From: Octopus bimaculoides
Lineage: Eukaryota
Direction of reading: 5' to 3'
Length of the DNA: 64,000 nucleotides
Assembly (NCBI RefSeq): GCF_001194135.2
Contig: NC_068983.1
Span: 106,253,942-106,317,941 of the forward strand
Positions 46,801-56,311 of this stretch are shown here, one piece after another (the stretch's first letter is position 1; each line of letters starts with the position of its first letter). The notes beneath the pieces were generated by a model. The model searched no databases and was not told the DNA's origin. It was given only the letters and a program-made list of their open reading frames with translations. The position numbers and the translations under genes were made by a program.

Positions 46801-48384
46801 CATGCTGGCATGGGTTGGACTAATAACAAGTGTATTTATTTCAAGTTTGATCTTTAGAATGTTTTATATTTGATTTTTCTTTTATTTCAGGCTTGGCAGT
46901 TGCGTTTTGTCCATTTAGTTGGTTATGGGGCTCGTTATTATTCTTATTTGTTATCTCGTGCTGTTGCTTCTCGAATTTGGGAGAAATGTTTCAAAGAAGA
47001 TCCTTTTAGCCAGTAAGTCTTAAAACTCTTTTCAAACTAGGGTACTTATTATTCTTCTCTGTTAAACTCATGCAGATGCATCTCGAATCTGATAGACCCT
47101 TTAAAGCCCCTTTTAACATCTCACCTTGCATAATGATTGTAATGACAGGCTGTAAGGATTATAGTGTTCTGAGAAAATTGTTGTTTTCACATTTTCATAT
47201 TACTTCTCAAAAAGTTTTCTTAGATTCCTTACATTACATGAAAATGTTTCTTTATAGTTTGACTCCTTTATTATTTTTCTTTCTACATTCTTTGCAGAAA
47301 ATACTGTATTTAAATTTATTTTTTTTAAAATAGAAACATTTATTTTTATGATGATTTTAACACTGGATGATTTAAAATTTTATTTCATTATCATACTCCA
47401 GGATAATATCTTATGTTCTCACATTTATTTGTCTTTAGGCTAGAATTATAAAAAGAAATTGTCATGTAGATTGGCATCATTAAATAGTTATTCCATTTTT
47501 TAAATTTCATCTTTAGAACCATGGGTGAGCGTTATCGACGGGAATTGTTGTCTCATGGTGGGGGAAGGCCACCACAGGAACTCATTGAAGGTAAATTTTC
47601 TTAATTTGCCAATTTAGGCACATTTTGTTGGAATTTCTTATGTATTTACAGTGTTGACATCCTTTAGCATTCAGATTATTCTGCCAAATGTAAAGCTTAC
47701 GTATTCACCCATTTAAAATCAATCATGCATTATTTCATGGCTTTGAGATTTCAATGATGCAATTGTTTATTTTTAAAATGACATTGTGAAGTAGCTATGA
47801 AAGACCATATCTGACCAGTCTGAAGATAAAACACAATATTTTTGGTCGGATATGGCTGGTTTAAACATTAAATGGTTAAGTACTGCTGTGGTTAAAAAAA
47901 GGCTTTGCTTTAATAATACTTTAGTCCATGAAGTGCAACAACTGATTGCTGCTGCTTGATATATAGTAAACAACCTGATACATTCAAGGTTCATTTTTAG
48001 CTTTTATTATCTGAGATTTATCTTTCTAGTTTGTCTGATATCATTAAGTGAAATAGTGATTATAAAATGAAAACTTATATTGAGGTCATGGAATTTCTCA
48101 GATTAACAATCTTTTTACTTGTTGCTGAATCCAAAATTTATTTAATCCTGTTATTATCCACAGCCAAACATATTACAGAGTAGAATTTAAAAAATAGTTT
48201 AAAAGGGACGTTCCTTTTCTAGTTGGTTTCTAACTTCATCTCCTTTCAGAAACTACCTGTTTTTCATAATGAAGAATTATCCTATTTAGTTCATATCTGA
48301 TGTTTTTCAGGTTTATTAGGAGAGCAACCCACCATGGACAAATTAGTAAGTTCACTGATTAATGAACTGGAACAAGAACTGTGA
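15576..48384 (+). CDS. MIPEP: Mitochondrial intermediate peptidase (peptidase family M3), complete 19-exon CDS, 712 aa
   Basis: join(15576-15782,17814-17987,19825-19913,20256-20403,21574-21692,23233-23296,28699-28855,31088-31136,31890-31953,34233-34288,36276-36429,39117-39194,40753-40957,41868-41938,43679-43777,43932-44066,46891-47012,47517-47590,48311-48384) = 2139 nt. All introns GT-AG with consistent phases. Motifs [93 protein letters not shown]. Confidence 0.97.
16199..17034. mobile_element. Non-autonomous Tc1/mariner-superfamily element (Tc2/pogo-like ends), TA TSD
   Basis: TA|CCGCAAAAAACCCATGTAATTTACGCA ... GTGCACAAATTACATGGGTTTTTATGG|TA terminal inverted repeats; internal recurring GGTGC..AATT(T)ACATG motif. 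Confidence 0.75.
17409..17720 (+). mobile_element. SINE-like family C in MIPEP intron 1
   Basis: GCTGGTGGCACGTAAAAGCACCC...GCATGGAAAGCAGACGTTAAACGATGATGATG. Confidence 0.85.
17814..17987 (+). CDS. MIPEP: MIPEP exon 2 (GLFGIPEL...DSLCRVADM)
   Basis: AG/GTGAGT, 58 codons, phase 0-0. Confidence 0.95.
19297..19710 (+). mobile_element. Full-length SINE family B in MIPEP intron 2
   Basis: Nearly identical to 6731-7138. Confidence 0.85.
19825..19913 (+). CDS. MIPEP: MIPEP exon 3 (SEFIRLAHP...GLVE)
   Basis: CAG/GTAAG, 89 nt. Confidence 0.95.
20256..20403 (+). CDS. MIPEP: MIPEP exon 4 (LNTNVELY...[14 protein letters not shown])
   Basis: CAG/GTAAT, 148 nt. Confidence 0.95.
20900..21215 (+). mobile_element. 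RTE-clade LINE ORF2 fragment (post-RT region), frameshifted
   Basis: Reads ...[26 protein letters not shown]...[28 protein letters not shown]...LCWM, containing the RTE (Y)GSETW motif. Confidence 0.75.
21574..21692 (+). CDS. MIPEP: MIPEP exon 5 ([12 protein letters not shown]...LPEKLQN)
   Basis: CAG/GTAAGT, 119 nt. Confidence 0.92.
23233..23296 (+). CDS. MIPEP: MIPEP exon 6 ([21 protein letters not shown])
   Basis: TAG/GTAAGT, 64 nt, phase 2-0. Confidence 0.9.
23565..24748 (+). mobile_element. Near full-length defective mariner transposon (D,D34D class)
   Basis: TIRs TGAAGGTGGGCTGAAA / TTTCAGCCAAACTTCA; transposase relic from ATG 23742 with [25 protein letters not shown] and [10 protein letters not shown](V)Y; stops, frameshifts and an apparent C-terminal deletion. 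Confidence 0.92.
24835..25000 (-). repeat. Penelope-like short repeat, copy 1 (degenerate hammerhead-like motif)
   Basis: GTATTAGTTTGACGCTCGGGAA...GCTCTTCAACA shared with 54470-54665; follows (TA)n. Confidence 0.5.
25167..26443. repeat. Large fold-back palindrome (~300-bp arms) interrupted by a family A SINE
   Basis: Left arm 25167-25471 is the reverse complement of 25481-25696 plus 26330-26443; loop ~25472-25480. Confidence 0.85.
25697..25958 (+). mobile_element. SINE family A inserted in the (TA)n of the palindrome's right arm; runs into an N-gap
   Basis: GTGGAGGCTCAGTGGTTAGGGCAGCAGACTCGCGGTCATAGGATCGCGGTTTCG... Confidence 0.9.
27063..27282. mobile_element. piggyBac-like MITE (220 bp) with TTAA TSD
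   Basis: TTAA|CCCTTTTGTTACTA ... TGGTAACGAAAGGG|TTAA. Confidence 0.75.
27870..28590 (+). mobile_element. Old SINE family B copy split by a Tigger-like MITE
   Basis: SINE head/core 27870-28026; SINE resumes at 28351 with (TG)n and tail. Confidence 0.7.
28027..28350. mobile_element. Tigger/pogo-like MITE (324 bp), TA TSD
   Basis: TA|CAGGTACTGAACCCCTAATCCAG ... CTGGATAAGAGGTTTGGTATCTG|TA; internal ATCCAGAAATCC repeats. Confidence 0.7.
28699..28855 (+). CDS. MIPEP: MIPEP exon 7 ([10 protein letters not shown]...RGTLADNP)
   Basis: CAG/GTAAA, 157 nt. Confidence 0.96.
29210..29393 (-). mobile_element. SINE-like family C (young, 5'-truncated)
   Basis: (CAT)n CGTTTAACGTCCG...; nearly identical to 52222-52400. 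Confidence 0.85.
31088..31136 (+). CDS. MIPEP: MIPEP exon 8 ([15 protein letters not shown])
   Basis: CAG/GTTAGT, 49 nt, phase 1-2. Confidence 0.9.
31890..31953 (+). CDS. MIPEP: MIPEP exon 9 ([21 protein letters not shown])
   Basis: AAG/GTAAGT, 64 nt, phase 2-0. Confidence 0.88.
32075..32662. mobile_element. TTAA-CCCTTTAGC-type MITE interrupted by the unclassified repeat
   Basis: CCTTTAGCATTCAG...TTATTCACATTG | insertion 32131-32490 | TTTTGAATTAATCATGCATTATC...AAATGCAAAAAGGTTA; related copies at 44489-44714, 47657-47879 and 53705-53935. Confidence 0.7.
32131..32490 (+). repeat. Unclassified ~400-bp interspersed repeat, copy 2
   Basis: Colinear with 12720-13146. Confidence 0.75.
33320..33680 (+). 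mobile_element. SINE-like family C with three ~63-bp 5' tandem units
   Basis: GCCAGT(A/G)C..C(C/T)TGACTG.C.C.(C)GTGC..GT.GCA..TAAAAA repeated three times, then the (GAT)n-tailed body. Confidence 0.85.
34233..34288 (+). CDS. MIPEP: MIPEP exon 10 ([18 protein letters not shown])
   Basis: CAG/GTAAT, 56 nt. Confidence 0.95.
34450..34738 (+). mobile_element. SINE-like family C with ~20-bp 5' tandem units
   Basis: G(A/C)GGTGCCA(T/C)(G/A)TAAAAG.GCC repeated about 6 times before the family C body. Confidence 0.75.
34821..35213 (+). mobile_element. Full-length SINE family A with 11-bp TSD
   Basis: TSD GTAATTAATGT at 34809-34819 and 35217-35227. Confidence 0.92.
35790..36060 (-). mobile_element. SINE-like family C
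   Basis: (CAT)n...CATGCTGGCATGGGTTGGACGG...GGATGCCCTTCCTAATGCCAGCCACTC. Confidence 0.8.
36276..36429 (+). CDS. MIPEP: MIPEP exon 11 ([22 protein letters not shown]...[11 protein letters not shown])
   Basis: CAG/GTAAGT, 154 nt. Confidence 0.96.
37007..38767 (-). mobile_element. Defective, internally deleted Chapaev-like (CMC superfamily) DNA transposon
   Basis: Ends (T)ACTGTACAACAA / TTGTTATACAGTG; minus-strand transposase relic with [25 protein letters not shown]...[52 protein letters not shown]. The CxxC, HxxxH and DDE layout fits CMC/Chapaev transposases as I recall them. Confidence 0.75.
39117..39194 (+). CDS. MIPEP: MIPEP exon 12 ([26 protein letters not shown])
   Basis: TAG/GTAGGT, 78 nt. 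Confidence 0.96.
39985..40268 (-). mobile_element. SINE family B
   Basis: Reverse complement of the family B body and head. Confidence 0.75.
40753..40957 (+). CDS. MIPEP: MIPEP exon 13, containing the HEXXH zinc motif (HEFGH, 40897-40911)
   Basis: [24 protein letters not shown]...[26 protein letters not shown]; TAG/GTAAGT, 205 nt. Confidence 0.98.
41868..41938 (+). CDS. MIPEP: MIPEP exon 14 ([24 protein letters not shown]; third zinc ligand Glu)
   Basis: TAG/GTAAGC, 71 nt. Confidence 0.97.
43679..43777 (+). CDS. MIPEP: MIPEP exon 15 ([15 protein letters not shown]...KKLFAAS)
   Basis: TAG/GTAAGT, 99 nt. Confidence 0.95.
43932..44066 (+). CDS. MIPEP: MIPEP exon 16 ([17 protein letters not shown]...HVPGT)
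   Basis: TAG/GTGAGT, 135 nt. Confidence 0.96.
44489..44714. mobile_element. piggyBac-like MITE family (TTAA-(C)CCTTTAG...CTAAAGGG-TTAA), degraded copy
   Basis: Colinear with 47657-47879, 53705-53935, 32075-32662 and 18130-18245. Confidence 0.65.
45124..45360 (+). mobile_element. Full-length tRNA-derived SINE, family D
   Basis: Head GGCGGCGAGCTGGCAGAAACGTTAGC, B-box-like GAGTTCAAATTCC, core CCTTTCATCCTT..GGGTCGATTAAATAAGTACCAG; partial copies near 22600, 27700, 33690, 33940, 41440, 55840, 60800, 61710 and 61900. Confidence 0.85.
45781..46139 (-). mobile_element. SINE family A (minus strand) with 11-bp TSD
   Basis: TSD AAATTTATATT on both sides; (TTG)n tail at the left; two short internal deletions. 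Confidence 0.9.
46891..47012 (+). CDS. MIPEP: MIPEP exon 17 ([20 protein letters not shown]...DPFS)
   Basis: CAG/GTAAGT, 122 nt. Confidence 0.97.
47517..47590 (+). CDS. MIPEP: MIPEP exon 18 ([24 protein letters not shown])
   Basis: TAG/GTAAA, 74 nt. Confidence 0.96.
48311..48384 (+). CDS. MIPEP: MIPEP exon 19 ([24 protein letters not shown])
   Basis: CAG acceptor; TGA at 48382-48384. Confidence 0.93.
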
Positions 48385-48454
48385 GAAAGGACATGACCTT
48401 TCTTAGACATCAATAGATGTGATATATATATATATTTTTTATGTCTTAAACCGA

Positions 48455-48460
48455 AATAAA
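48455..48460 (+). terminator. Candidate MIPEP polyadenylation signal AATAAA
   Basis: First AATAAA ~70 nt after the stop codon. Confidence 0.5.
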
Positions 48461-51400
48461 ATACAAAATCTTTTCCACTTATAAACTTCTGCTGTTCTAT
48501 TTAATGAGCTTCATTAGCTTGTAGCATTTTTCTCAAATGAATCTTGATCAGTGTTAAACCCTTTTAGCTTGTATACAGGTATTTTGTTTCAGGTAAAGAA
48601 TTATAGACAAACTTTTTTTATGCATTGTACATGCATGGAGATTATTTTTTTAAAGTCCACTGCTTGCCACTAAAAACTTGTGGTTCATCATTATTAATAT
48701 GCATGTTCTGGCTTTGCCATTACTGATTTGGACAAATACAAGTAATAAAACCGTTTCTTCTACCTAAATATGTGGTCTTGTGCTAACAGTAGAAATTATC
48801 AGGAAAAAAAAAGTGGCAGAAATGATAGAATACTATACTATATACATAAAAGCTATGCTGGCCATGTAATGAGCTAAGAAATTATTACACATGTAGTGGG
48901 ATGGAAGAAGAAAAAAAAATTAAATTCTAGTCACAATTATAAGGGAGACAACTTTGGACCGACATGCACTAAACTTCGTTGAAGACTAACTAGGTTGACT
49001 CCTTGCTTCCACACCTGAAACTTCTCTAGTTCTGATAGTGACTCAACAACCTTGTATTGTGTTACAGGTGGAATTCAAGTTTCACTGAATAAATAACTTT
49101 GCTGAGTACAGGGATGGCTGTGTGGTGAGTTCACTTCCCAACCACTTGGTTTTGGGTTCAATCCCACTGTGTGGCATCTTGGACAAGGGTCTTCCACAAA
49201 AGCCCCAGACTTGAATAAATCCATATGCTTTCTTCAGAGGAATACCAGGTTTCTGGTTTTCTACAGTATAAACCAAATGCTATTAACATTATCTTTCAAC
49301 TTAAAAGTAACCAATCAAATTATTTGATGGTCAGTCTTAAATGTGCACCTTTTGAATGAAAAACAGTTTTAGAACTGGTTTGATGATAGATGGATTATTA
49401 AAATGTTTTTTGTTCAATACACAAATTTAAGTATTCTCTTTTAATTATTCCATGTCACAGCTGTAGCATGTATTGGTCATACTAATCTTAAATAATAGAA
49501 AAAAATAACAAACACTTTCCAACAAGGACTGGGTGTTTTTTAGTGCTGCTAGCACTTCTGAGGTTGTAATGCAGCTTGCAGTACTACAAGACCTTGTGGA
49601 TGAGGGATTGAAGCAGGGGGCAATGCAGATCCTTGTAGAGGGTCTTCTGTAGCGAAAATGGTTGAGATAACGTCAATGAAAAATTATGAATTTTGTTTAG
49701 AAGTGTGGGCCACTTTATGATGAGCCATACCTCAGGTGGACCACTGCTCATAAAAGGTTGTTCATGCTTAGTATACAACAATAAATATTGAACAGATTTT
49801 GATGAAACTGTTCTGAAGACAAGATTAAATGAATTAAACAAATTTGTTTAAATAAAATGGAAATAAAAGACAACAAAACAAGAACAAAAGTTGAGTAAAT
49901 CTGCTTTACCACATGATTTTTTTTTTTCCAAGTAAGTTATTTACAGTTTAGAATCATTTTGATCAATTTTTGTACATACAAAATCACTTCTGAATAGAAC
50001 CCAAGTCTTGCTAGCCAAAGTTGGAGAGGAATTTCATTTTCAAATTAATTAGACATGCTCTGTAAACACAACATTTCATTAAATGTTCTTTGTTTACTGG
50101 AAACCAAAATGTAATTGGAGAACTGCATTTCATAAATTAGAAGTCTGAGGGATGAAAAGGGAATTTTGAAATTGGAGAAGAATTTTGAAATTTGAATACA
50201 AGAAAGAAAAAAAAAATATTGACTAATCAACTCTAAAATTTAAAGTTCTGAAGAAATTGAAAAATAAGCCTTGTATTATTGTTATTATTATTGTTATATT
50301 TATTATTTTACAATGTATTTTATAGATAACTCCTCAATTTTGTATATAAAATACTTTAGGACAAAGTGGTATCTACGTTGAAGTATTGGATTTTAATATT
50401 TTACAAAGAATATTGCAAATGTGTGAAAAAATATTAATTATAAGTTTTATTAAGGTGGGGGGGAGACAATTATTGAGAAGGGGAAATCATAATTTATTCT
50501 TCCCTTGAGAAAACAAAGTTGAATTAATTATCAAAAAGAATATTGTTAGAAAAAAAAGTTGCTCGAAAGCAATATATTTCACTTTTTATTTTTGTCAGTG
50601 GAATTTAAAAATATGAAATAGAAAGAAAATGAAGTGTAGGCATTAGGTTAAAGAATACACAAATTGCCAATCATAAACAATATTCTTTTGTGGATTATAA
50701 AATTATAATTATGAAAATCTATCACTAGGAAATTAAATTTCTTTACTGTCAATGCTGTTCTTTTTTTTTTTTTAATACTAAATGTTGAAAAAAAAAACAA
50801 ACTGTTTTACTATAAACAACACTTTTTACTGAGTGAGCTATTAACTCTTATAACTCACTCAGTAACCAAAATATGGGAGTGATTTTAATTCTTTCCAGGT
50901 GGGTTAATAGGGAAAGCAAATTTTACTAACAAAATTAAAAGGTGGGTGGGGGGTTAGGGAAAAAAAACGAAGAAGAAACATAAAAACCCATGTTAAAACG
51001 CCTCGTCAACTTTTTTTTTTTTTTAAATCAGTGACAGAAAACCTGCCCAGCAAGACTTAAGTTGTTATAATCTGTATAATCTTGATTTTTAATTTTGTTT
51101 GAAATGTTATACTGTCAGTTTTTTATTGGGTAATCTCTGCTATTTGAGTCACGGTGGAGTATACATCTCATCTCATCCCAACAGAGATGGATGGGATGGG
51201 GGAGGGGGGAAGGAAGGCAATTAGAAAGACATGATCATCTTGTTCAGTTTGAATTCAGATTTCCAGGGATAGGTGGGAGACAAAGAGAGTACACTGGGGA
51301 ATGCAGTCTACACTCAGCAACAGACATTTTTCTCACTGTAACACCACACGAGTAGATTGTCTGATGAAAAAAACCAGTTGCACGGGTACTTCAGGTATAT

Positions 51401-51567
51401 GTGTTACAAAATTACATCAAGTGCTCGGTCAGAAGCACCCTACGCAAGCACTTTGTGTTATTGTAGCATCTCAAGATTAGATCAAAGTGCTTGACAAGAA
51501 CCAGCTACTTAGAGCTTTACTGTCTCCATTTGAAATTTCTTCATACCAAATGTTTGATTTGAAGAGT

Positions 51568-51640
51568 TCAAAACGGAGAATTCATTCCAAGTTTAGTTTC
51601 AAATGCTAGGTGAGCTCGCTTCTGATATCTCACATTAAGT
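51568..51640 (-). CDS. TMEM94: TMEM94 last coding exon (LNVRYQKRAHLAFETKLGMNSPF*)
   Basis: TTTTAG acceptor at 51641-51646; TGA at 51568-51570. Confidence 0.95.
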
Positions 51641-54600
51641 CTAAAATAAATATTAAAATATACATATTAGCAACAATATGCACAATTTGTTAAATATAAA
51701 TGTTAAAGACAATTCACATGAATTTAAAAAAAGAAATACTTTACAAATAGCTATATCTTGGGTTTATTTACATCAGAAAAGATACAATGCTATTCAAAAA
51801 TATAATTATTACCAATTTTATATTCTAAGATTAAGCTGAACAGAGAGAATTGTATTATTATTATTCTTACATAAGAATCCAAGACAATGCATTGCCAGAA
51901 TTATTAGAGTATCAGACAAAATGTCTTGTGCTTTTAACATTTTGAATTCAAATCCGGCCAAAGTCAACTTTACCATTACTATACTGGAGTTAATTTAATT
52001 TGATTATTTCTTGTCCCTAAAAATAGTTGGCTTTGTGTCTAAATTAGAAACTATTATTGTTTATTGTAGATCAGTAGAATTAGTAGAGCACTAAACTATA
52101 TATTTTGTAATATATATAGCGATAGCTTTTTGTTTTAAGGTCAAACCTCATTGGTACTGATTTCTGGGAAGGATGAAAAGCAAAGTATCAGTGATAAAGG
52201 AATCTATCCAATCAACTTTATAATCATCATCATCATCGTTTAACGTCCGCTTTCCATGCTAGCATGGGTTGGACGATTTGACTGAGGACTGGTGAAACCA
52301 GATGGCTACACCAGGCTCCAATCTGATTTGGCAGAGTTTCTACAGCTGGATGCCCTTCCTAATGCCAACCACTCGGAGAGTGTAGTGGGTGCTTTTACGT
52401 GCTTTGTGTTAAATAATAAATAAATAAAAGATTTCAAGATACACGTTGGAACAAGGCCACAGAAGTTTGCAGGGGAATACCTTGGTGATTGAATTGACCT
52501 GAAAATATGACAGGTATTTATTTTATCACCCCAAGGAACAAAATAATAAAATCAACTCCAGCAAGTAAGGGTATACAGAATCTCAAAAGACAAGTACAAC
52601 TCACAATCCTAAGATCATTATAAAGTGATTTTGACCAATGATTAGTATTTGACTTGAAAAAATGTTTCATGACAAATTAAGACATAATTATGTTAATGTA
52701 TTTTCTAGCATGCAAGTTGAAATTTTCAGACCAAAATTTACAGACAAAAGAGAAAAAAGAAAAGTGGTTGGTCAATGTATACACCAAAGCAACTTTGGAG
52801 GACCAAAAATTTCATGTGAAATGCAGCAGGATTTGTAAAGATGATGTTTGAATGTTCATACTACATGTTTACACAATATGCTATATCGACTTGGATGCCC
52901 GAAAATAAGGTATATTTAATGAACTGTTCTATTAAACCAAGAAGATATTAGAATCGTTAAGAATCAGAAATATACTCACTTTATTTCATAATGCTTTACC
53001 AATTCACTGAATGCTAGAGTGACAATAGGCCATATAAGCAAGATCACCCAGATGGCCGGATGGACATAGGACAGCCACGCTCTACTGAATCCTTCATATA
53101 TTGCAATGTCACAAAGGAAGAATATCACCTGAAAAACCAAGCTAAAAACAAAATAGAAAAAATAAAATTCTCATCTTAGAACAAGGTCATAGATTTGAAC
53201 AGGAAGTATAATGAATAGAACTGACCTCAATATATGGCAGGTACTTGTTTTATTCAGCCTAGACGAATAAACATTTAAGTCCAGTCTGATGGGACTAAGA
53301 TATAAAAAGGTGTTTACGAAACACAGCAAGGTCATTTCAACCATTCAATAATGTTTCTAATTTTGGTATTAGCTTTAAAAATTTATTAAATTTTTGCAAA
53401 TGTGAAATTTGAAAACCTGCATAGATTTGCCCTTGGACATAAAAAGACAAGAGGAAATAAATGCTCAATGATCAGTTTTCTAATCTTATGAAATGAAATA
53501 GTTAATATATTTAGATGGAAAAAAGAAACAAATTTTTCTCACATCTTTTCGGTAAACTTCATAAAACTTTCAAAACTGAGTGGTAAATTTTTTAAAAATT
53601 AATATTTCTTATCTTACAATATAATCAAATTTGAAAATAATGCAAATATAAAATCATTTTCTGAAAGCTATATAGAAGAAAATGTATGATGAATCAACTT
53701 ACGAGTCAAATTTAAATTAGCATTCAGATAACTGTCAAATGTATTGCTTATTTACTCACATATTTTAAAATCAGTCATGTATTATCGTGTAAACTTAGAG
53801 AATTTAAAGATGTGATTGTTTATTTTTAGAATAACATTATAAGGTAGATGTGAAGTGCTGGATTTGGCCAGTTTTAACATAAAACAGGTAGACTATTTGG
53901 GCTGAATATAGCCAGTTTAAAAGTCAAAGAGTTAAACATTTTCTTAAATGTACAAAATAATTTTCACATCGCTAGGCAAGGGACAATATTTACTTCAGTC
54001 AAAATATGTTCTACAGTGTTTCATAGAAAAAAGGTTGATGATAGATTGGGGATCCAAATAGAAATAGCTTAATAAACAAAACATAATAGTGTTCATTCTA
54101 ATATAACTATTAAAATGTAAAACAGAAATAAAAGAAACTATGAAACTTTGAAAATATTTTATGATGTGGATTATCAAGTGAATCATTAACTTAAAAGAGA
54201 TTAGAAAAAATACGTACATTGTAATAACAATACTGGCCCACAGACTGTTGGTATAAGGTGGCTCCTTCCATACATGTTCTGACCGATGGACAAAACTTCC
54301 AGATATGAACACTTCAAGAGAGGCAACTGACTTGTCATTGTGCAATAAAATCAATGTTTTACATGAATATTTGACAAATGGTCTTGGAAACAGAGCTACT
54401 TCGATATAAGACTTCATGCAGTCTTTCACTACTACCACTACTAATATATATATATATATATATATATATGGGAGAATGTACGAAAAAAAAAAACAACAGA
54501 CGAGGAAAGTGGTGTAAACACCAAAAGGATGTATTAGTTTGACGCTCGGGAATACAGAAAGTCTTTAACGTTTTGAGCTACGCTCTTCAACAGAAAGAAT

Positions 54601-56271
54601 ACGGAGAAAACAAGGAGAAAAACATGGAGAAAAAAAATTGAATGGTGTTTGGTCAATGATCTATCATATATATATATATATATATATATTATTCGCAGTT
54701 ACTTGTAGTTTATGTAATAGTATTTAATATTTTGCTTAATGACATGCAGAACAGCAGTAAGTAATAAACTTATAGACTAAGAATTCAAACGTTTAATACT
54801 TTATTCTTGAAATAATCTATTTTTGGCTAGTTAATTTTATAACAAAATATTTAGTTGGACCCAATACAGATCTTTGTTGAAAAGTATTCTGGCTATGATG
54901 ATCCTATCTTATTTTCAGCACTATATCTAGGACTACATATTGTATTCTTACAATTTCAAGACAATAGAGTGGGATTTGAGGAATATTTTGCTACTATTTC
55001 TAAGAGACTAAGCTGAAACAGTGAGATCCCTCATTGGTTCAAAGCACATAGGTGACTGAGTTAATTATAAGGTGATTAAAAGTTAAGACAAGAGGTCCTA
55101 TATCATACTACAGACTTATCCAACCCACACTAATGTGGTGAAGCAACATTTAAATGTCATTAATGATGTAATTGGTACTTAATCTACTGATCCCCAGAAA
55201 AAGGAAAATTAGCATTAACTAAAGTAGAAATTAAACTGACCTCTCATTTAGATAATTTATGTATTCATATCTAGATTGTAAAAGTAAAAGGCTTTGATTT
55301 GTGGTGGGAAGGAATAAATTTCAATAAGACTAGTAATGTACTGAGTGCAGCATATATACTCTCTTTACTCTTTTACTTATTTCTGCCATTTGACCGTGGC
55401 CATGCTGGAGCACCGCCTTTAGTCGAGCAAATCGACCCCAGGACTTATTCTTTGTAAGCCTAGTACTTATTCTATCGGTCTCTTTTGCCGAACCGCTAAG
55501 TTACGGGGACATAAACACAACAGCATCAGTTGTCAAGCAATGTTGGGGGGACAAACACAGACACACAAACATACATACATATGTACGACGGGCTTCTTTC
55601 AGTTTCCATCTACCAAATCCACTCACAAGGCTTTGGTTGGCCTGAGGCTATAGTAGAAGACACTTGCCCAAGGTGCCATGCAGTGGGACTGAACCCGGAC
55701 CCATATGGTTCGTAAGTAAGCTACTTACCAGTGACCAATTATTCATTTTATGATAAAATAAAGAGTTTTTGGTTAATGAAAGTGTACAGGTTAATTGTTA
55801 TATTTATTGATAATATTTTACATATATATTTAAAGTGGTGACCTGGCAGAGTCATTAGCATGCCGGGCAAAATGCTTGGTGGCATTTCGTCCATCTTTAT
55901 ACTGTGATTTCAAATTCCGCCAAAGTCAGTAAAATAAGTATCAGTTGAGCACTGGGGGTCGATGTAATCGACTTACCTCCTCCCACCAAACTTACTGGAC
56001 ATGTGTAAAAATATGAAACCTATATTTTACATATATAGGTGCAGGTATGGTTGTGTGGTAAGAAGCTTGTTTCCCAACCACACGCCCAACCCATGCTAGC
56101 ATGGAAAGCGGACGTTAAACGATGATGATGATGATGATGATGATGATAGTTTCAGGTTCAGTCCCACTGTGTGGCACCTTGGGCAAGTGTCTTCTACTAT
56201 AGCCTCAGGTTGACCAAAACCTTGCGAGTGGATTTGGTAAATGGAAACTGAAAGTAGCCTGTTGTATATGT

Positions 56272-56311
<40 letters not shown>

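Noticed and set aside
49584-49841. 85-aa minus-strand ORF between the two genes
   Set aside because: No splice context or homology I can recognise; consistent with 3' UTR sequence.
51361-51380. CTGATGA heptamer (hammerhead core word)
   Set aside because: No downstream GAAAC or compatible stems; chance occurrence. The same applies to CTGATGA within MIPEP exon 9.
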